A stretch of 64,000 bases of DNA from Glycera tridactyla (lineage: Eukaryota), in NCBI GenBank assembly GCA_965644265.1, contig OZ286476.1:5146001-5210000 (forward strand), read 5' to 3'. Of the stretch, positions 26,444 through 39,231 are shown piece by piece. Below the pieces are notes generated by a model that was not told the origin of the DNA, did no database searches, and saw nothing but the letters and a program-made list of their open reading frames with translations. How positions within the stretch are numbered: the first letter of the stretch is position 1; every line of letters starts with the position of its first letter. A program made the translations under genes and the position numbers.

Positions 26444-27839
26444 CATTTCGATCGTTCCTCTCTATCTGCCATCTCGGCCATCATGCTTGACAATTTGATT
26501 AAAATGTGCCGCCCCGAGTGAATCCATCAAGACAGAAACATACTTGATTATCAGCGTATAAAACTCTCGACCCCACTGCTGGGCCTTTTGCATTCCCCCT
26601 CCCTGCTGCTAGGTCATTCATAATCCACCAAACCTTATCTCGGGGCGTGCCGATTATGCCCGGGCTCCATTAGTGTCTCCTTATGAAGCATGCAACTAAA
26701 GTAGCGAAAACCTCCTGATTATACCACAGATGCTTCCTTTACCATCGGATATATGAGTGTGAGATATGACTAGTATATTCTGGAGGCGGATGGGCATGGC
26801 ACATGTCCAATTCATTCATGCAGTCACATGACTCCCTATTGCCTTTTCTGCAGCCGACACAGTTCGTAACAGTCATATGGCGTGCTACCTTTCACCTGTA
26901 CAAACACATGCACGCGCACAGACACACACACACAAACACACGATTAACTTTCACTGTGGTTCTCACCTCATAGGATATAACCTGTATATTCCATGGTCGA
27001 CCTTTCTCACTATAGGATTGAACATTCCTCAACGGCTGTTTCTTCACTATAGGATCATACGTTCCTCAAAGGTCTGTGACCACATGGTATCAATTGTGCC
27101 CTAGTTGAAAGTCGAAATTTCCAGTATACGTTGATGTCTCGAATAAGCCCTGACCCTAACCCTAAAAATTGAAATTTCCGATATTCGTTGACAGCTCAAA
27201 TGAGGTATTGGAGATGAATACTAACTAAGCATCCCCTACACTCTCCTCTCTCTCCCCTCTCTCTCTCCATTCTTCTCTCTCTCTCACTCTCTCTCCTTGT
27301 CACTATCTCTCTCTCATTCTTGCTCGGAGATCTCTAGGCGCACTTAGGCGCACTTGTTAGCGATGAACTCATTCCAGCAGAAGTGACTATACACATTCCA
27401 GGCTCATTATTGAGATAGTGTTAGTTGTGTTATACTTCACTGGCCTTCTGTAGAATTTATGTGATCTTTCACTCGGGTTATGACCTGTGTGAGAAAAATA
27501 ATCGAGTCGTCTATGTGCCAGCATCAGTCAGCAAGAAAGGTGAGACGTCTGACCTGAGCTGGTATAGGATGTGAGAACCACTGAAATATTCATTGACTCC
27601 ATAATTTTTAAACGCTCTGGCTGAAACTAGCAAGCATGGCTTGCATTCAATGGTGATGGATATCAGGGAAAAAGATGCTCGTTGATTGGCAGCAGTTTCT
27701 TGGGAAAGGTCCTCCTGGAATGTCTAGAAAGAGGATAAGTGCATAAATGAATTAATTGTTCATAACAGATTGAAGGTTTCTCAATTGAAAAGAAAATGTC
27801 TGATATGAGCGGGTATAGGTTGAGTCAAAAATGAGCTAG

Positions 27840-28470
27840 CAGTATTCAGCAAGAGAGATGAGGTGTTTGGTCTGAGCTGGTATAGAATTATTCACCGATA
27901 TGCTGGTCAGCAAGAGCTTTGAGGTGTCTGGTCTGAGCTGGTATAGGATGAGTCACCAATGTGCTGGCATTAGTCAGCAGGAGAGGTGAGGTGTCTGGTC
28001 TGAGCTGGTATAGGATGTGAGAACTGAGGTGTTTGGTCTGAGCTGGTATAGGATGAGTCACCAATGTACTGGCAGTAGCCAGGCAGAGAGGGGAGGTGTC
28101 TGGTCTGACCTGGTGAAGGATGAGTCACCAATGTGCTGGTCAGCAAGAGAGGTGAGGTGTTTGGTCTGAGCTGGTATAGGATGAGTCACCAATGAGCTGG
28201 GTTTAGTCAGCAAGAGAGGGAGGTGTCTGGTGTTAGCTTGTATAGGATGAGTCACCAATGTGCTGGCATTAGTCAGCAAGAGAGGTGAGGTGTCTGGTCT
28301 GAGCTGGTATAGGATGAGTCACCAATGTGCTGGCATTAGTCAGCAAGAGAGGTGAGGTGTCTGTTCTGAGCTGGTATAGGATGAGTCACCAATGTGCTGG
28401 CATAAGTCAGCAAGAGGGGCGAGGTGTCTGGTCTGAGCTGGTATAAGAGGAGTCACCAATGTGCTGGTAT
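27840..28470. repeat. 61/67-bp minisatellite (copy B)
   Basis: Same family; the 67-bp variant with an extra GCATTA is more frequent here (28272/28339). Confidence 0.95.
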
Positions 28471-28769
28471 GGGGTGGGAGAACCACTGAAATATTCATCA
28501 ACTCCTGATCATCAATCTTCGATAAGTGTTGGCCTGCAGAGAAAACCTTCAACTACCTACACACTCAGATATGTCATTTTCAGGTTCATATCGCTCATGT
28601 TAGATGGATAGATGTCTGAGCTACATCCATCTGGAATCTTCGCCTTTGTTCTGGTTGGTAATTTGCTTCCCCAAGCCGGGTACTGAGCCAATGTCTGGTA
28701 CCTTCTTCATGAGCGCGGTGAGCGGACTTAGCTCAGAGCTACCTTGTAAGTTCCTATGTCACTGATGAC

Positions 28770-29760
28770 TGTCTTTTTTTTACAAGTTATTCTAGTTGCA
28801 AACTATTTGTATGAAACATGAGCTATACGGATTTTTACGGATCTGTGTTTGCTCCGATGTGCTCGAGCTTGTGAGAATATTTGATTCATGATCAGGAATC
28901 AGCCGGTGAGAGAACATCCTCCAAGCCCAGGCACAACTGCATGGAGTATGACCAACCTCCTATACTCTGAGGGTTCCTATTCAAGGCCATCCAGCATCTC
29001 TATTACACTGCCAGCATTATCATAGTTCCCTCCATCAAATCTGGCCACTGGCCCTTTGATTCTTCCAAGCGCATCTCTATCTGTTGTTGTCCATGGATCC
29101 CAATCATATTCCAGGACAGAGCTCATGAGTGCTTCATGAGAGGGGTTCTTTCCATATCTCATGATTCAATTTAAGGATGTACCAGGGAGTCTTTCTGGTT
29201 TTCCGAATGGCACGTATGGCATAACACTAGTTGGTCACTTGTCCACTTTACTAGATACCGGTATCACTGTCCTTCAAACAAATACTACATTATTTTTATG
29301 CCTGACCATGTGTGAACACCAAAGTATTTTTTTTTTCAAAATTAACCCTTTCGTGGGTTGGTGGCCACCTATTTCAATTGTCCAGTGATGAACGAAAAAA
29401 ATTCATCTAGCAGGTATTTCTGAATGGTCTGTACGGTGATTTATGATTTTTTTGTGATTTTTTCTCATTGGTTTCCATCGACTATTGGGTCTTTGTTTAT
29501 GAGCAAGTATGTTCATGTTGGCTCGATTCCTTATATCACCATTGGGCATTCTTCCAGTCTTGAGAAAAGTTTCATACCTATCTTATCGCACGAACGTCGG
29601 TGACAAACCCATCCCAGCAAATACCTGACATTCCGGGAGATCACAGCAATCATTTTCTTTTCACACTTCCTATTCAATATGCAGCGATGTTTTCCGTCTG
29701 AATATATAAATGTCCCCTTCATTATTCGGTACTGCTTATATATCGCCCGATGTCTGTGAT
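28770..29760 (-). pseudogene. Degenerate LINE RT relic (CR1/L2/Rex-like)
   Basis: Manual minus-strand translation gives WVCHRRSCDK (QHGFR..RSCET-like), SSVLEYDWDPWTTTDRDALGRIKGPVARF..GNYDNAGSVIEMLDGLE*EP (LEY..VWDP..LE..QRRAARF...SVT.ML..L.W-like) and HKLEHIGANTD. Stops and deletions are present. Confidence 0.65.
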
Positions 29761-29934
29761 ACTGCACGGGATAGTGCTGTGCTGGCAGACTCACCTCCGT
29801 CCTGAGAGGCTGTTGTCATGGTTACCACTGCTATCATTCCTCGCATCTCATTCTCCGCCCATCACATTGGACAAGTTGATTAGAATTCATCGGCCATGGA
29901 AATGGACGGACCAACAAAAACCATGTGCTGATTG

Positions 29935-31000
29935 AGTGAAAATAGTCCGCCTGGGCTGTTGAGAGAATGACAACTCAACACGAGTTAGATTAAGGGTGGT
30001 GCGCATTACATCACCTCCATTGTTAGTGAAAATAGTTCGCCTGGGCTGTTGAGGGAATGACAAGTTGAAACAAGTTGGATCCAGGGTGGTGCACATTATA
30101 CCACCTCCATTGTAAGTAAAATAGACCGCCTGGGCTGTTGAGGGAATGACAAGTTAACACAAGTTAGATCCAGGGTGGTGCACATTATACCACCTCCACT
30201 GTGAGTGGAAATAGTCCGCCTGGGCTGTTGAGGGAATGATAAGATAACACAAGTTGGATCCAGGGTGGTGCACATCATACCATCTCCATTGTAGGTAAAA
30301 TAGTCCGCCTGGGCTGTTGAGGGTATGACAACTTGACACAATTTAGATCCAGGGTGGTGCACATTATACCCCCTCCATTGTTTGCGAAAATGGTCCGCCT
30401 GGGCTGTTGAAGGAATGACAAGTTAACCCAATTAAGATTCAGGGTGGTGCACATTATACCACCTCCACTGTGAGTGGAAATAGTCCGCCTGGGCTGTTGA
30501 GGGAATGATAAGATAACACAAGTTGGATCCAGGGTGGTGCACATTATACCACCTCCATTGTGAGTGGAAATAGTCCGCCTTGGCTGTTGTGGGAATGGTA
30601 AGATAACACAAGTTAGATCCAGGGTGGTGCACATTATACCACCTCCATTGTTTGTGAAAATAGTTCGCCTGGGCTGTTGAAGGAATGACAAGTTAACTCA
30701 AGTTAGATCCAGGGTGGTGCGCATTATACCACCTCCAGTGTTAGTGAAAATAGTCCGCCTGGGCTGTTGAGGGAATGACAACTTAACACATGTTGGATTC
30801 AAGGTGATTCGTATTTCACCACCTCAATTGTGAGTGGAAATAGTCCGCCTGTGCTGTTGAGGGAATGACAAGTTAACGCAAGTCAGATCCAGGTTGGTGC
30901 GCATCATACCACCTCCATTGTGAGTGGAAGTAGTCCGCCTGGGCTGTTGAGGGAATCACAAGTTAACAGAAGTTAGATTCAGGGTGATTCGCATTATACC
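29935..31000. repeat. 90-bp minisatellite, ~12 copies
   Basis: AAATAGTCCGCCTGGGCTGTTGAGGGAATGACAAGTT...ATCCAGGGTGGTGCACATTATACCACCTCCATTG; 30-aa periodic ORFs. Confidence 0.96.
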
Positions 31001-31889
31001 TAACCCCATCTCTTGGGTATGTACCTCCATTGTTCATCATGATAAATAGGTCTCACATCATATAGTTCATGTACTGCTGCTCATCAAAAGCAAGCTGACA
31101 CTGAATATATTCGGGGAGGTGCGCATTATACCTAACCCCATCTCTGGTACTTGGGTATGTACCTCCATTGTTCATCATGATAAATATGTCACACATCCTA
31201 TAGTTCATGTACTGTTGCTCATGAAAAGCAAGCTGACACTAGTTACATTCAAAGGTTGTACGCATTATACCTAACCCCATCTCTTGGGTATGTACCTCAA
31301 TTGTTCATCATGATAAATATGTCACACATTCTATAGTTCATGTACTGCCGCTCATCAAAAGCGAGCTGACACTAGTTACATTCAAGGTTGTACGCATTAT
31401 ACCTAACCCCATCTCTTGGGTATGTACCTCCATTGTTCATCATGATAAATATGTCACACATCCTATAGTTCATGTACTGCCGCTCATCAAAAGCAAGCTG
31501 ACACTAGTTACATTCAAGGTTGTACGCATTATACCTAACCCCATCTCTTGGGTATGTACCTCCATTGTTCATCATGATAAATATGTCACACATCCTATAG
31601 TTCATGTACTGCCGCTCATCAAAAGCAAGCTGACACTAGTTACATTCAAGGTTGTACGCATTATACCTAACCCCATCTCTTGGGTATGTACCTCCATTGT
31701 TCATCATGATAAATATGTCACACATTCTATAGTTCATGTACTGCCGCTCATCAAAAGCAAGCTGACACTAGTTACATTCAAGGTTGTACGCATTATACCT
31801 AACCCCATCTCCTGGGTATGTACCTCCATTGTTCATCATGATAAATATGTCACACATTCTATAGTTCATGTACTGCCGCTCATCAAAAG
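30990..31889. repeat. 132-bp minisatellite, ~6.7 copies
   Basis: CGCATTATACC at 31261, 31393, 31525, 31657 and 31789. Confidence 0.97.
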
Positions 31890-32249
31890 TTTAGCTTCTG
31901 TCTATTATTCATGGATATTCATCATATGAGTGATGATGGATGATGGAAGAGAGCAAATGATCGAATTATGGACCCCATCAGAGCCTGGCCTGTCCACTCG
32001 GGCCATTATGTTCACATCTGACGAATACAATTGCACATGCAATGCATGACATTAGCGAAAATCTCTCCAATATTTTGACACTTGGGCTACTATCTGACAA
32101 ATACAATCGTAATCCAATGTATATGACATTATCATCTTTTCAACCATGAGTCATCTTTCCCATAATCGTTAATACTCCGTCATACTGAAATCTACAGATG
32201 AAACCCCCTGACCCAAACAAAGATGAGATCGAAAAAAGGTAATAACTGA

Positions 32250-32620
32250 TAGAAAAGAGTGATCAGTGGTACTTAGTACAGTGAACGAGGACCATAATAT
32301 TGGAGAAGTATGCATACAACCAGGCATCTATTATGAAGAGCTGTCTCACCATATAGCAAGCACATGCCTGCGAGAAGAGACCATTCTGAAGCACAAAAAC
32401 CTAATAGACCTCCAACAGCCACTCAAAGAAGAGTTGCTACACGCTCGAAAATGTTAGCGGACATGAGATGGTCTACTGTACCAGTGGCATGAACGGGCAA
32501 GAACATCAGATTGACATACACGATACAAGTCAACAACAGTGATATTTGCAAACAATTTTCACAACGAAACCCAGCACAATAGGAAACATGGTAACAAGGG
32601 AAATGAAGTATGCCTCAACA
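32250..32620 (+). pseudogene. Possible very old LINE relic
   Basis: MLADMRWSTVPVA*TGKNIRLTYTIQVNNSDI weakly resembles ML..L.W.TL..RR...RL..LYK; nothing else is recognisable. Confidence 0.25.
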
Positions 32621-32984
32621 CAAGGACATTGAGACGACAGGTTGAAAGACGAAAGCTAGCAGTTGATAAAAGGAAGCCATTTGTAGTTCAGTTTTGAAAT
32701 GTATCGAGTATGGATTCTTGCGGGGGATTGTCAACTGGATCATTCCATTACTGCATCTATCATCATCATATATGTTCCTGAGTGAAATGATGAGATTCAA
32801 TCCCCGGACTCAGTTGGGCAGAACTACTAGTTCCACATTTCATCTTGTTGTCTGTGTATGTTTTCTGTCCAGACCTTCGCTTAGGGTATAAAGTCTACAT
32901 TATCCAAACGATAGACACGATGATATACAATAGATGTTCATGTGAAAGGAATTTCAGTTGAAAATACAGGCTTTTTTTTAACTA

Positions 32985-32989
32985 GTAGA

Positions 32990-33020
<31 letters not shown>

Positions 33021-33047
33021 ATGGCAGGAGTAGTTGTAGTAGTAGTT

Positions 33048-33080
<33 letters not shown>

Positions 33081-33125
33081 AATGTAGTGGTAGTAGCAGT
33101 AGTAGTGGTAGTTGTAGTAGTAGTG
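32985..33125. repeat. (TAG)n imperfect microsatellite
   Basis: Directly visible. Confidence 0.95.
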
Positions 33126-33531
33126 GTGTTATCTTGATACTCATCTTCATAATTAGGATGGATTATATATTCATCCATTCTATTAAAGTGATCTTCGATT
33201 CCTTTTCAATTCTTGTTATTTATCAGAGCGCTCAAAAACGAGACCACATTCGTGTTTTCACGCGCTAATATTTTGCAGATGAATCGCTCAATCGACTAGC
33301 AGACTATTACAACCCAATTCTCACAAGCCAACTCATGTATGTTTTTCTTTTCTTTTTGTTTCATGTCGTCTATTCGTCGCGCTTCTCCAAATAGGTAAGA
33401 TTCCTGTTCACTCCTAGCTCGTGTCTGACATGTTGAATGGCTGCTGTTGACATTGTCTACAAGAACTCTGGTATTAACATCAGTATAGGCTTTGTGGTCT
33501 GAAAGAAGACTAGAATCACCACTGTCTTTCA

Positions 33532-34545
33532 ACCACCACCACTACCACCACCACTACCACCACCACCACCACTACCACCACCACCACTATCACCACCACC
33601 ACTACCACCGCCATCACCGCAAACCAAAACTACCACCACCACCACCTCTTCCACCAATTATCAATTAGTTCACTGTCCACAAGAGCACTAAAATCACCTC
33701 TGCCGTCCAACCACCACGACCATCACCACCACCACTACTACCACTACCACCACCACCGCTACCATCACCAACCTCATCACCACCACTACTACCACTACCA
33801 CCACCACCGCTACCACCACCAATCATCAATTAGTCCACTGTCCACAAGAGCACTGAAATCACTTCTACCATCCAACCACCACCACCCGTACCACCACCAC
33901 CACCGCTACCACCACCACCATCATCACCACCACTACTACCACTACCACCACCACCGCTACCACCACCAATCATCAATTAGTCCACTGTCCACAAGAGCAC
34001 TGATATCACTTCTACCATCCAACCACCACCACCCGTACCACCACCACTATCACCACCACCTCCGGCATTAATCAACGATTAGTCCATTGTCCACAAGAGC
34101 ACTGAAATCACTTCTACCATCAAACCACCACGACCATCACCACTACCACCACCACCACTACCACCACCACCGCTACCACAAATCATCGATTAGTCCACTG
34201 TCCCTGGAACTCAAATCACTTTTGCCATCCAATCATCACCACCACTACCATCACCACCACCGCTACAAGCAACAATCATCAATTAGTCCACTGTCCACAA
34301 AAGCACTAAAATCACTCCTGCTTCTCAACTACCACCACTACCACCAACACCACCACCAGCACCACCAATCATCAATCAGTCCATTGTTCACAAAGAGCAC
34401 TGAACTCAAGTCTGCCTTCCCACCACCACCACCACCATAACAAACACCACCACTACCACCACTACCACCAACACCAATCATCAATTAGTCCACTGTCTAC
34501 AAAGGTACTGAAATCACTTCTGCCATCCAACCACCACCACCATCA
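33532..34545. repeat. Compound array: ~55-bp conserved block separated by variable (ACC/ACT)n tracts, 8 copies
   Basis: AATCATCAATTAGTCCACTGTCCACAAGAGCACTGAAATCACTTCTACCATCC at ~33656, 33820, 33967, 34070, 34181, 34273, 34367 and 34476. Confidence 0.92.
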
Positions 34546-34754
34546 ATCAGACTGGACGGTCTACAAGACAACTAGAATCAGTACTTCCCTCCTCGGCCCT
34601 TTCCCCACCAACCGATCACCAAAAGCTGCTTGATGGGACAACCAGAGTAGCACTCAATTTTTATCTGAAAAGCTGCCGTCCAAACCATATAGGGAGCTGT
34701 TGTTGGATGATGCGGTTGTCATGGCGACGGTGGGATGGCCAGTTGTGATGTGAA

Positions 34755-34885
34755 TGGCGTCTTGTTGATTGTCGCTCCAGTATGGCCTACCATTGCTGAT
34801 AACTTCACCTCCTAACTGTTATTATGCATGCATATCTGACTGTGTGTGCGTGTCACTGTGTGCATGTATGAGTGTGTGCATGTAT

Positions 34886-34936
<51 letters not shown>

Positions 34937-35065
34937 GCGTCTTACTGATTGTCGCTCCAGTATGGCCCACCATCGCTGATAACCTCGCTTCTAAATTGTT
35001 ATTATGCATGCATATCTGACTGTGTTTGCGTGTCGCTGTGTGCATGTATGAGTGTGTGTGCATGC

Positions 35066-35115
<50 letters not shown>

Positions 35116-35646
35116 ATTGCGTTTGCTGATTGACGCTCTTGTATGGGCTATCATCGCTGATACCTTCACATCTAAATTGTTATTATGCATGTATATCTGA
35201 CTGTGTGTGCGTGTGTCTCTGTGTGCATGTATGTATGTGTGTGCATGTGTGTGTTTTGCGTCTTGCTGATTCTCGCTCCAGTATGGCTTACCATCGCTGA
35301 TAACTTCCAATCTAAACCGTTATCATGCATGCATATCTGACTGTGTGTGCGTGTCTCTGTGTGCATGTATAAGTGTGTGCGTGTGTGTGTGTGCGTGTGT
35401 GTGTGTTTGGCGTCTTGCTGATTTTCGCTCCAGTATGGCTTACCATCGCTGATAACTTCCAATCTAAACCGTTATCATGCATGCATATCTGACTGTGTGT
35501 GCGTGTCTCTGTGTGCATGTATAAGTGTGTGCGTGTGTGTGTGCGTGTGTGTGTATTTGGCGTCTTGCTGATTGTCGCTCCAGTATGGCTTACCATCGCT
35601 GATAACTACCCATCTGAACCGTTATCATGCATGCATATCCGACTGC
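34755..35646. repeat. Compound array: ~95-bp block separated by variable (TG)n tracts, 6 copies
   Basis: GGCGTCTTGCTGATTGTCGCTCCAGTATGGC..ACCATCGCTGATAAC...TTATTATGCATGCATATCTGACTG at ~34757, 34936, 35115, 35256, 35408 and 35559. Confidence 0.92.
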
Positions 35647-36197
35647 NNNNNNNNNNNNNNNNNNNNNNNNNNNNNNNNNNNNNNNNNNNNNNNNNNNNNN
35701 NNNNNNNNNNNNNNNNNNNNNNNNNNNNNNNNNNNNNNNNNNNNNNNNNNNNNNNNNNNNNNNNNNNNNNNNNNNNNNNNNNNNNNNNNNNNNNNNNNNT
35801 GTGCGTGAGTGTGTGCGTGAGTGTGTGTGAATGAGTGTGTGCGCGTTTGTGCATGAGTGTGCGAAGTGTGTGCATGTGCGTGAGTGCGTGTGTGCGTAAT
35901 TGAGAGTGCCAGTTTGTGCTAGTCTGTTCGGTCGTGTGTCAATATTATTCTACCTAACATCATCGATACATGCAGCAGCCTACATTCAATGAGACATTCT
36001 AACATTGGGCTGAGTATCGAAATGTTCCTGCCTGATGGATAGAGCTTACTATCTGTAGCTGATGTGGATAACTTCACCTGCACACATCTGTGCGAGAACA
36101 TGCCATCATACGCACACATACATATATACAAGTATGTGTGTGTGTTTGTGTGCGTCTGTCTGTCGGGGAGGGGGTGTCGTGTTGCTGTATGCATAAT

Positions 36198-36960
36198 CAG
36201 CTAGCTTCACTTGGTTAATGCTCTCAGACAGCTGGTTTTACTTGGTTAACTCTCTCAGACAGCTAGCTCTACTTGGTTGATGCTCTCAGACAGCTGGTTT
36301 TATTCGGTTAACTCTCTTAGACAGAGAGCTTTACTTGGTTAGTGCTCTCAGACAGCTGGTTTTACTCGGTTAACTCTCTTAAACAGAGAGCTATACTCGG
36401 TTAATGATCTCAGACAGCTGGTTTTACTCGGTTAACTCTCTCAGACAGCTAGCTTCACTCGGTTAATGCTCTCAGACAGCTGGTTCTACTTGGTTAACTC
36501 TCTTAGACAGCTAGCTTCACTTGGTTAATGCTCCCAGACAGCTGATTTCACTCGGTTAACTCTCTCAGACAGCTAGCTTCACTTGGTTGTTGCTCTCAGA
36601 CAGCTGGTTTTACTCGGTTAACTCTCTTAGACAGCTAGCTTCACTTGGTAATGCTCTCACACAGCTGGTTTTACTCGGTTAACTCTCTTAGACAGCTAGC
36701 TTCACTTGGTTAATGCTCCCAGACAGCTGATTTCACTCGGTTAACTCTCTCAGACAGCTAGCTCTACTTAGTTAATGCTCTCAGACAGCTGGTTTTACTC
36801 GGTTAACTCTCTCAGACAGCTAGCTTCACTTGGTTGTTGCTCTCAGACAGCTGGTTTTACTCGGTTAACTCTCTTAGACAGCTAGCTTCACTTGGTAATG
36901 CTCTCACACAGCTGGTTTTACTCGGTTAACTCTCTTAGACAGAGAGCTTCACTTGGTTAT
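36198..36960. repeat. 31-bp minisatellite (alternating 62-bp dimer), ~24 units
   Basis: CTCTCAGACAGCTGGTTTTACTCGGTTAA alternates with CTCTTAGACAGCTAGCTTCACTTGGTTAATG. Confidence 0.95.
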
Positions 36961-37234
36961 GTACATCAATCCTGGTAGATTGTATAATCAAAAGATGAGA
37001 AAGGCCGAGATCAAGTGAACAATCAATATAGGAAACACTGAGTTCTGACTAACAAAGGAAAAAATGTCGTGTCCGAAAACAAGTTTATCATGGTCAACTT
37101 ATATCTATGAATGACCTGCAACATTGAAACAAGTTTGGGTGTTTCCTGCCCTCGTTCTGTGTATCCTGCTCCCTAACTCTTCCTTTCTGGGTGTGCTCTT
37201 CTCTCTCTTCGTGCGTGAAAACTGTTGCCCTCTC

Positions 37235-38150
37235 CGTGCGTATCCCCTGGTCTGAGGAAACATTGCCCTCTCTGAGTATAGCCCTGGTCTGAAGAAACCT
37301 TGCCCTCTCTGTGTGTATCTCCCAGTCTGAGGAAACCTTGCCCTCTCTGTGTGTATCTCCCAGTCTGAGGAAACCTTGCCCTCTCTGTGTGTATCTCCCA
37401 GTCTGAGGAAACCTTGCCCTCTCTGTGTGTATCTCCCAGTCTGAGGAAACCTTGCTCTCTCTGAGTATATCCCTGGTCTGAGGAAACATTGCCCTCTCTG
37501 AGTGTATCCCCGGTCTGAGGAAACATTGCCCTCTCTGAGTATAGCCCTGGTCTGAGGAAACCTTGCCCTCTCTGTGTGTATCTCCCAGTCTGAGGAAACC
37601 TTGCCCTCTCTGTGTGTATCTCCCAGTCTGAGGAAACCTTGCCCTCTCTGTGTGTATCTCCCAGTCTGAGGAAACCTTGCCCTCTCTGTGTGTATCTCCC
37701 AGTCTGAGGAAACCTTGCTCTCTCTGAGTATATCCCTGGTCTGAGGAAACATTGCCCTCTCTGAGTGTATCCCCGGTCTGAGGAAACCTTGCCCTCTCTG
37801 AGTGTATCTCCGGTCTGAGGAAACCTTGCTCTCACTGAGTGTATCCCCAGTCTGAGGAAACCTTGCCCTCTCTGAGTGTATCCCCGGTCTGAGGAAACCT
37901 TGCCCTCTCTGAGTGTATCTCCGGTCTGAGGAAACCTTGCCCTTTTCTGAGTGTATCCCCGGTCTGAGGAAACGTTGCCCTCTCTGAGTGTATCCCCGGT
38001 CTGAGGAAACCTTGCCCTCTCTGAGTGTATCTCCGGTCTGAGGAAACCTTGCCCTTTTCTGAGTGTATCCCCGGTCTGAGGAAACCTTGCCTCCTCTGAG
38101 TGTATCCCTGGTCTGAGGAAACCTTGCCCTCTCTTTGTGTTTCCCCGGTC
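37235..38150. repeat. 38-bp minisatellite, ~24 copies
   Basis: TCTGAGGAAACCTTGCCCTCTCTGTGTGTATCTCCCAG; period 38 (37326/37364). Confidence 0.97.
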
Positions 38151-38762
38151 TGAGTAAGATGCTCTAAGCGTAACCTGCCCTCTCTTTTCTCACCCTGACT
38201 CTCCTTGAGCGTACCCAGGCCCCCTATGATTGCAACCCACCTCTACTCATTGTGTCCTTCCCTCTCTGCGTATATCCCACCCTCACTGTGTGTAGTCTGC
38301 CTCCTCCCTCTGGGTGTAACCAACTCCTGCCCTTTCTAATTATATCCAGGCTATTTTCTGAGCGTACTCTGGCCCTTCATGGATATATGCACACATGTCC
38401 CGTTCTAATGTGTACTTTCGTGACAATGAATCCCGATCAGAGACAACCTCACGTGTCATTCAATTTCGACTAGTCATGAATTACTGCTTGGTGTACTCCA
38501 TTGATCCAGTCATGTAATTACTAGTCATTTCTAGTAGGCAAACATGCCAACAGCAAGTCTCCACAATGAGACATGCTCCGAAGAAAAACCGTTACATTCC
38601 TGCCCCTCATGTGAAATGAGGTTACCAGAGCAACAAGTTTGATCGCCCTGATAGTTCATGCAAGTTACAATAAAATTGTCTTTGCGAATATTAACATGCT
38701 TATTGATGAAAGTTCTTCAGATTGAGTGATGCTGAAATATGACCCCATGCCAGAATTTATTA

Positions 38763-39231
38763 CAGTCAATTCCATTTGTTTTGTGACCCGAGTTTTTCGC
38801 CAGATTTCTCAGATGGAACTATATTGAGAAATATGACACGTACATTCGGAGGAGTCATTGTCGCTGTAAATACAACCCTCTTCCAATGACGATGCGACGC
38901 TGAATTCTCATGTTTGTTGACGTTCTGAATTGGTGACAAAGTGCATGGTTTGACGTCGCGCATCAAAGCTGTCTGACGTCATGATTGCTGGTCACATGAC
39001 GCAATGATGCCATAATTGTTGGATGGCAACGTCGCTGCTGTTGATGAGTGCAATTTTTTTTCAGGGAACTCCACATGCTGATATTCCGCTCGATTATCAC
39101 TTGTATTTATATCACCAACAGTAGCTGAAATTGATATCGCATATTTTTCCAATCTATACGATATGTCAGGCCTACATTTTGGCCGATAGAATTTCGAAAA
39201 ACGAGTGTCACAGAAATGGTGGAATTACCTG
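38763..39231. mobile_element. ~470-bp degenerate MITE with TA flanks (Tc1/mariner-like)
   Basis: Left TA|CAGTCAATTCCATTTGTTTTGTGACCCGAGTTTTTCG versus reverse complement of the right end TA|CAGGTAATTCCACCATTTCTGTGACACTCGTTTTTCG; non-coding interior. Confidence 0.6.

Larger units (their letters stand above)
22953..28605 (+). repeat. Tandem segmental duplication, copy B (~5.65 kb)
   Basis: Begins immediately after copy A with TCAGTACTAATTCATCTAC and ends at the homologue of A's last bases (...CATATC...TTAGAT). It lacks A segments ~14780-15110, ~15845-17755 and ~22350-22810. Confidence 0.92.

Noticed and set aside
27146-27165. Telomeric seed CCCTAACCCTAA
   Set aside because: Only two units, and degenerate in the paralogous copy (CTTTAACCCTAA at ~20967).
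33640-34545. CRISPR array
   Set aside because: Spacers are (ACC)n microsatellite rather than unique sequence, repeats are ~55 bp and diverged, no cas genes are present, and the context is eukaryotic.
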